64,000 bases of DNA, taken from positions 32,178,001-32,242,000 of the forward strand of contig NC_043016.1 in assembly GCF_006345805.1 (NCBI RefSeq). The letters run 5' to 3'. The translations under genes were made by a program, and so were the position numbers. Below, piece by piece: positions 62,790 through 64,000 of this stretch. Below the pieces are notes generated by a model, which ran no database searches, had not been told where the DNA came from, and was given only the letters and a program-made list of their open reading frames with translations. The DNA is from Octopus sinensis. Its lineage: Eukaryota. Positions within the stretch are counted from its first letter, which is position 1; each line of letters begins with the position of its first letter.

Positions 62790-63559
62790 CATACATACAT
62801 ATACACACACTCTCTCTCTCACACACACACGCGTGTGTGTGTACTGAAGTGTTTGTTTCTTAGATGTATGTGAGCTAAAACGTTTAAGTGTATATGTATA
62901 TACATATAGTCAGACATACACACATATACATACATACCAATGTACACACACACACTCACACACACACACACATACATTCTTTATTAAAGCATAGCTGAGT
63001 GGTTAAGATGTTAATTTTGCAATTATCAGTTTCCAGGTTTGATCTCCCCACATCACATCTTGGGTAAGTGTTCTTTTTGTATAGCTTTAAGTCAACCTCT
63101 TAGCCTTGTAAGTAGAAATGAGTAGCCTCCAATTGATCGTGTTATTAAATATAATTTCATTCAAAATTTCTGGTGATTAGGAAACCTGTACATTTTTGGA
63201 ATGGTCAGAGCATAGAGAATCAGAAAATCAATACTGGCATTTGCATAGTCACCTGCATGGCCAACAGCCATTTTCGATTTTCAAATAGCTGCCTTAAATA
63301 CATACTTGGCGCTTTCTTTGTTTTTAGTCAGTTTAGAAATTTAATTAAATGTGTTAATTTTGTTTTCTAGGTCAAGGAATTGAATAAAAGTTTGGGAATA
63401 GTGATCAAGAATACAGAAACATAACAAAGATAATTGAAAACAATTCTCTTTTACATGCAGTGACATGTAAAGCATCCATGTAGTGCCACATAAAAATGCC
63501 CATGTGGAGCCACATGAAAAGCACCTGTGTGGCTCCATGTAAAAGCATCTGTTGGTGCC

Positions 63560-63760
63560 ATGTAAAAGTACCCATCACACTCTGTAAAGTGGTTGGTGTT
63601 AGGAAAGGCATCCAGTCACAGAAGCCATGCCAAATCAGACTGGAGTCTGTTGCAGCTCCCCAGCATGCCATCTTTGGTCAAACTGACCAACCCATGCCAA
63701 CATGAACAACAGACATTAAATGATGATGATAATGACAATGATGATGGTGATGATGATGAT
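63560..63760 (+). mobile_element. RTE-LINE 3' end, sense orientation
   Basis: gtaaagtggttggtgttaggaaaggcatccag...acagacattaaa followed by (TGA)n. Confidence 0.8.
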
Positions 63761-64000
63761 ATTTGTGATGCAGTTGTTTTACACAATTCCTATTGAAAGT
63801 CCTTTGAAGTTTTAAATACAGATTTATTAAGTAACAAAGCAGACTTCTTAGTTATCAGGTTGAACCATAAGTTCCGCATGCAGGAACTATTTGGTCTGTA
63901 TCTTTCGGAAATAAGGTTTTACACATCTTCATTGCTTTCTTGGGTGTGTAATTTCGGGCGGCGCCACAGTCCATCTCATTTTCACAGTTACTGAAGTTTT

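Overview
AT-rich, repeat-saturated animal genomic DNA. The SINE families, RTE LINE, mariner and Helitron remnants and dense microsatellites match what I recall from Octopus (coleoid cephalopod) genomes; this was not verified by search. No intact protein-coding gene can be recognised, and nearly all ORFs in the track are artefacts of satellites or low-complexity DNA. Three tandem arrays dominate: about 40 near-identical 382-bp units (1.6-16.7 kb, origin unknown), about 31 109-bp units grown inside an RTE-LINE 3' end (17.9-21.3 kb), and about 100 17/18-bp units that appear to be the amplified tip of a TTAA-type MITE terminal repeat (43.5-45.3 kb). Other elements are a decayed, nearly full-length RTE LINE (36.0-39.4 kb), mariner and Helitron remnants, two tRNA-derived SINE families and several MITEs. 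The most notable signal is RNA-level: hammerhead ribozyme motifs from apparently three unrelated families. These are (i) a tandem pair of ~324-bp units at 59 kb resembling a non-LTR retrozyme, one unit carrying a near-intact full type I hammerhead, (ii) minimal Penelope-type hammerheads, including an inverted pair at 45.5-45.9 kb, and (iii) a decayed long-stem-II hammerhead at 31.85 kb. A few minus-strand exon-like segments hint weakly at a host gene. All folds and alignments were done by eye.
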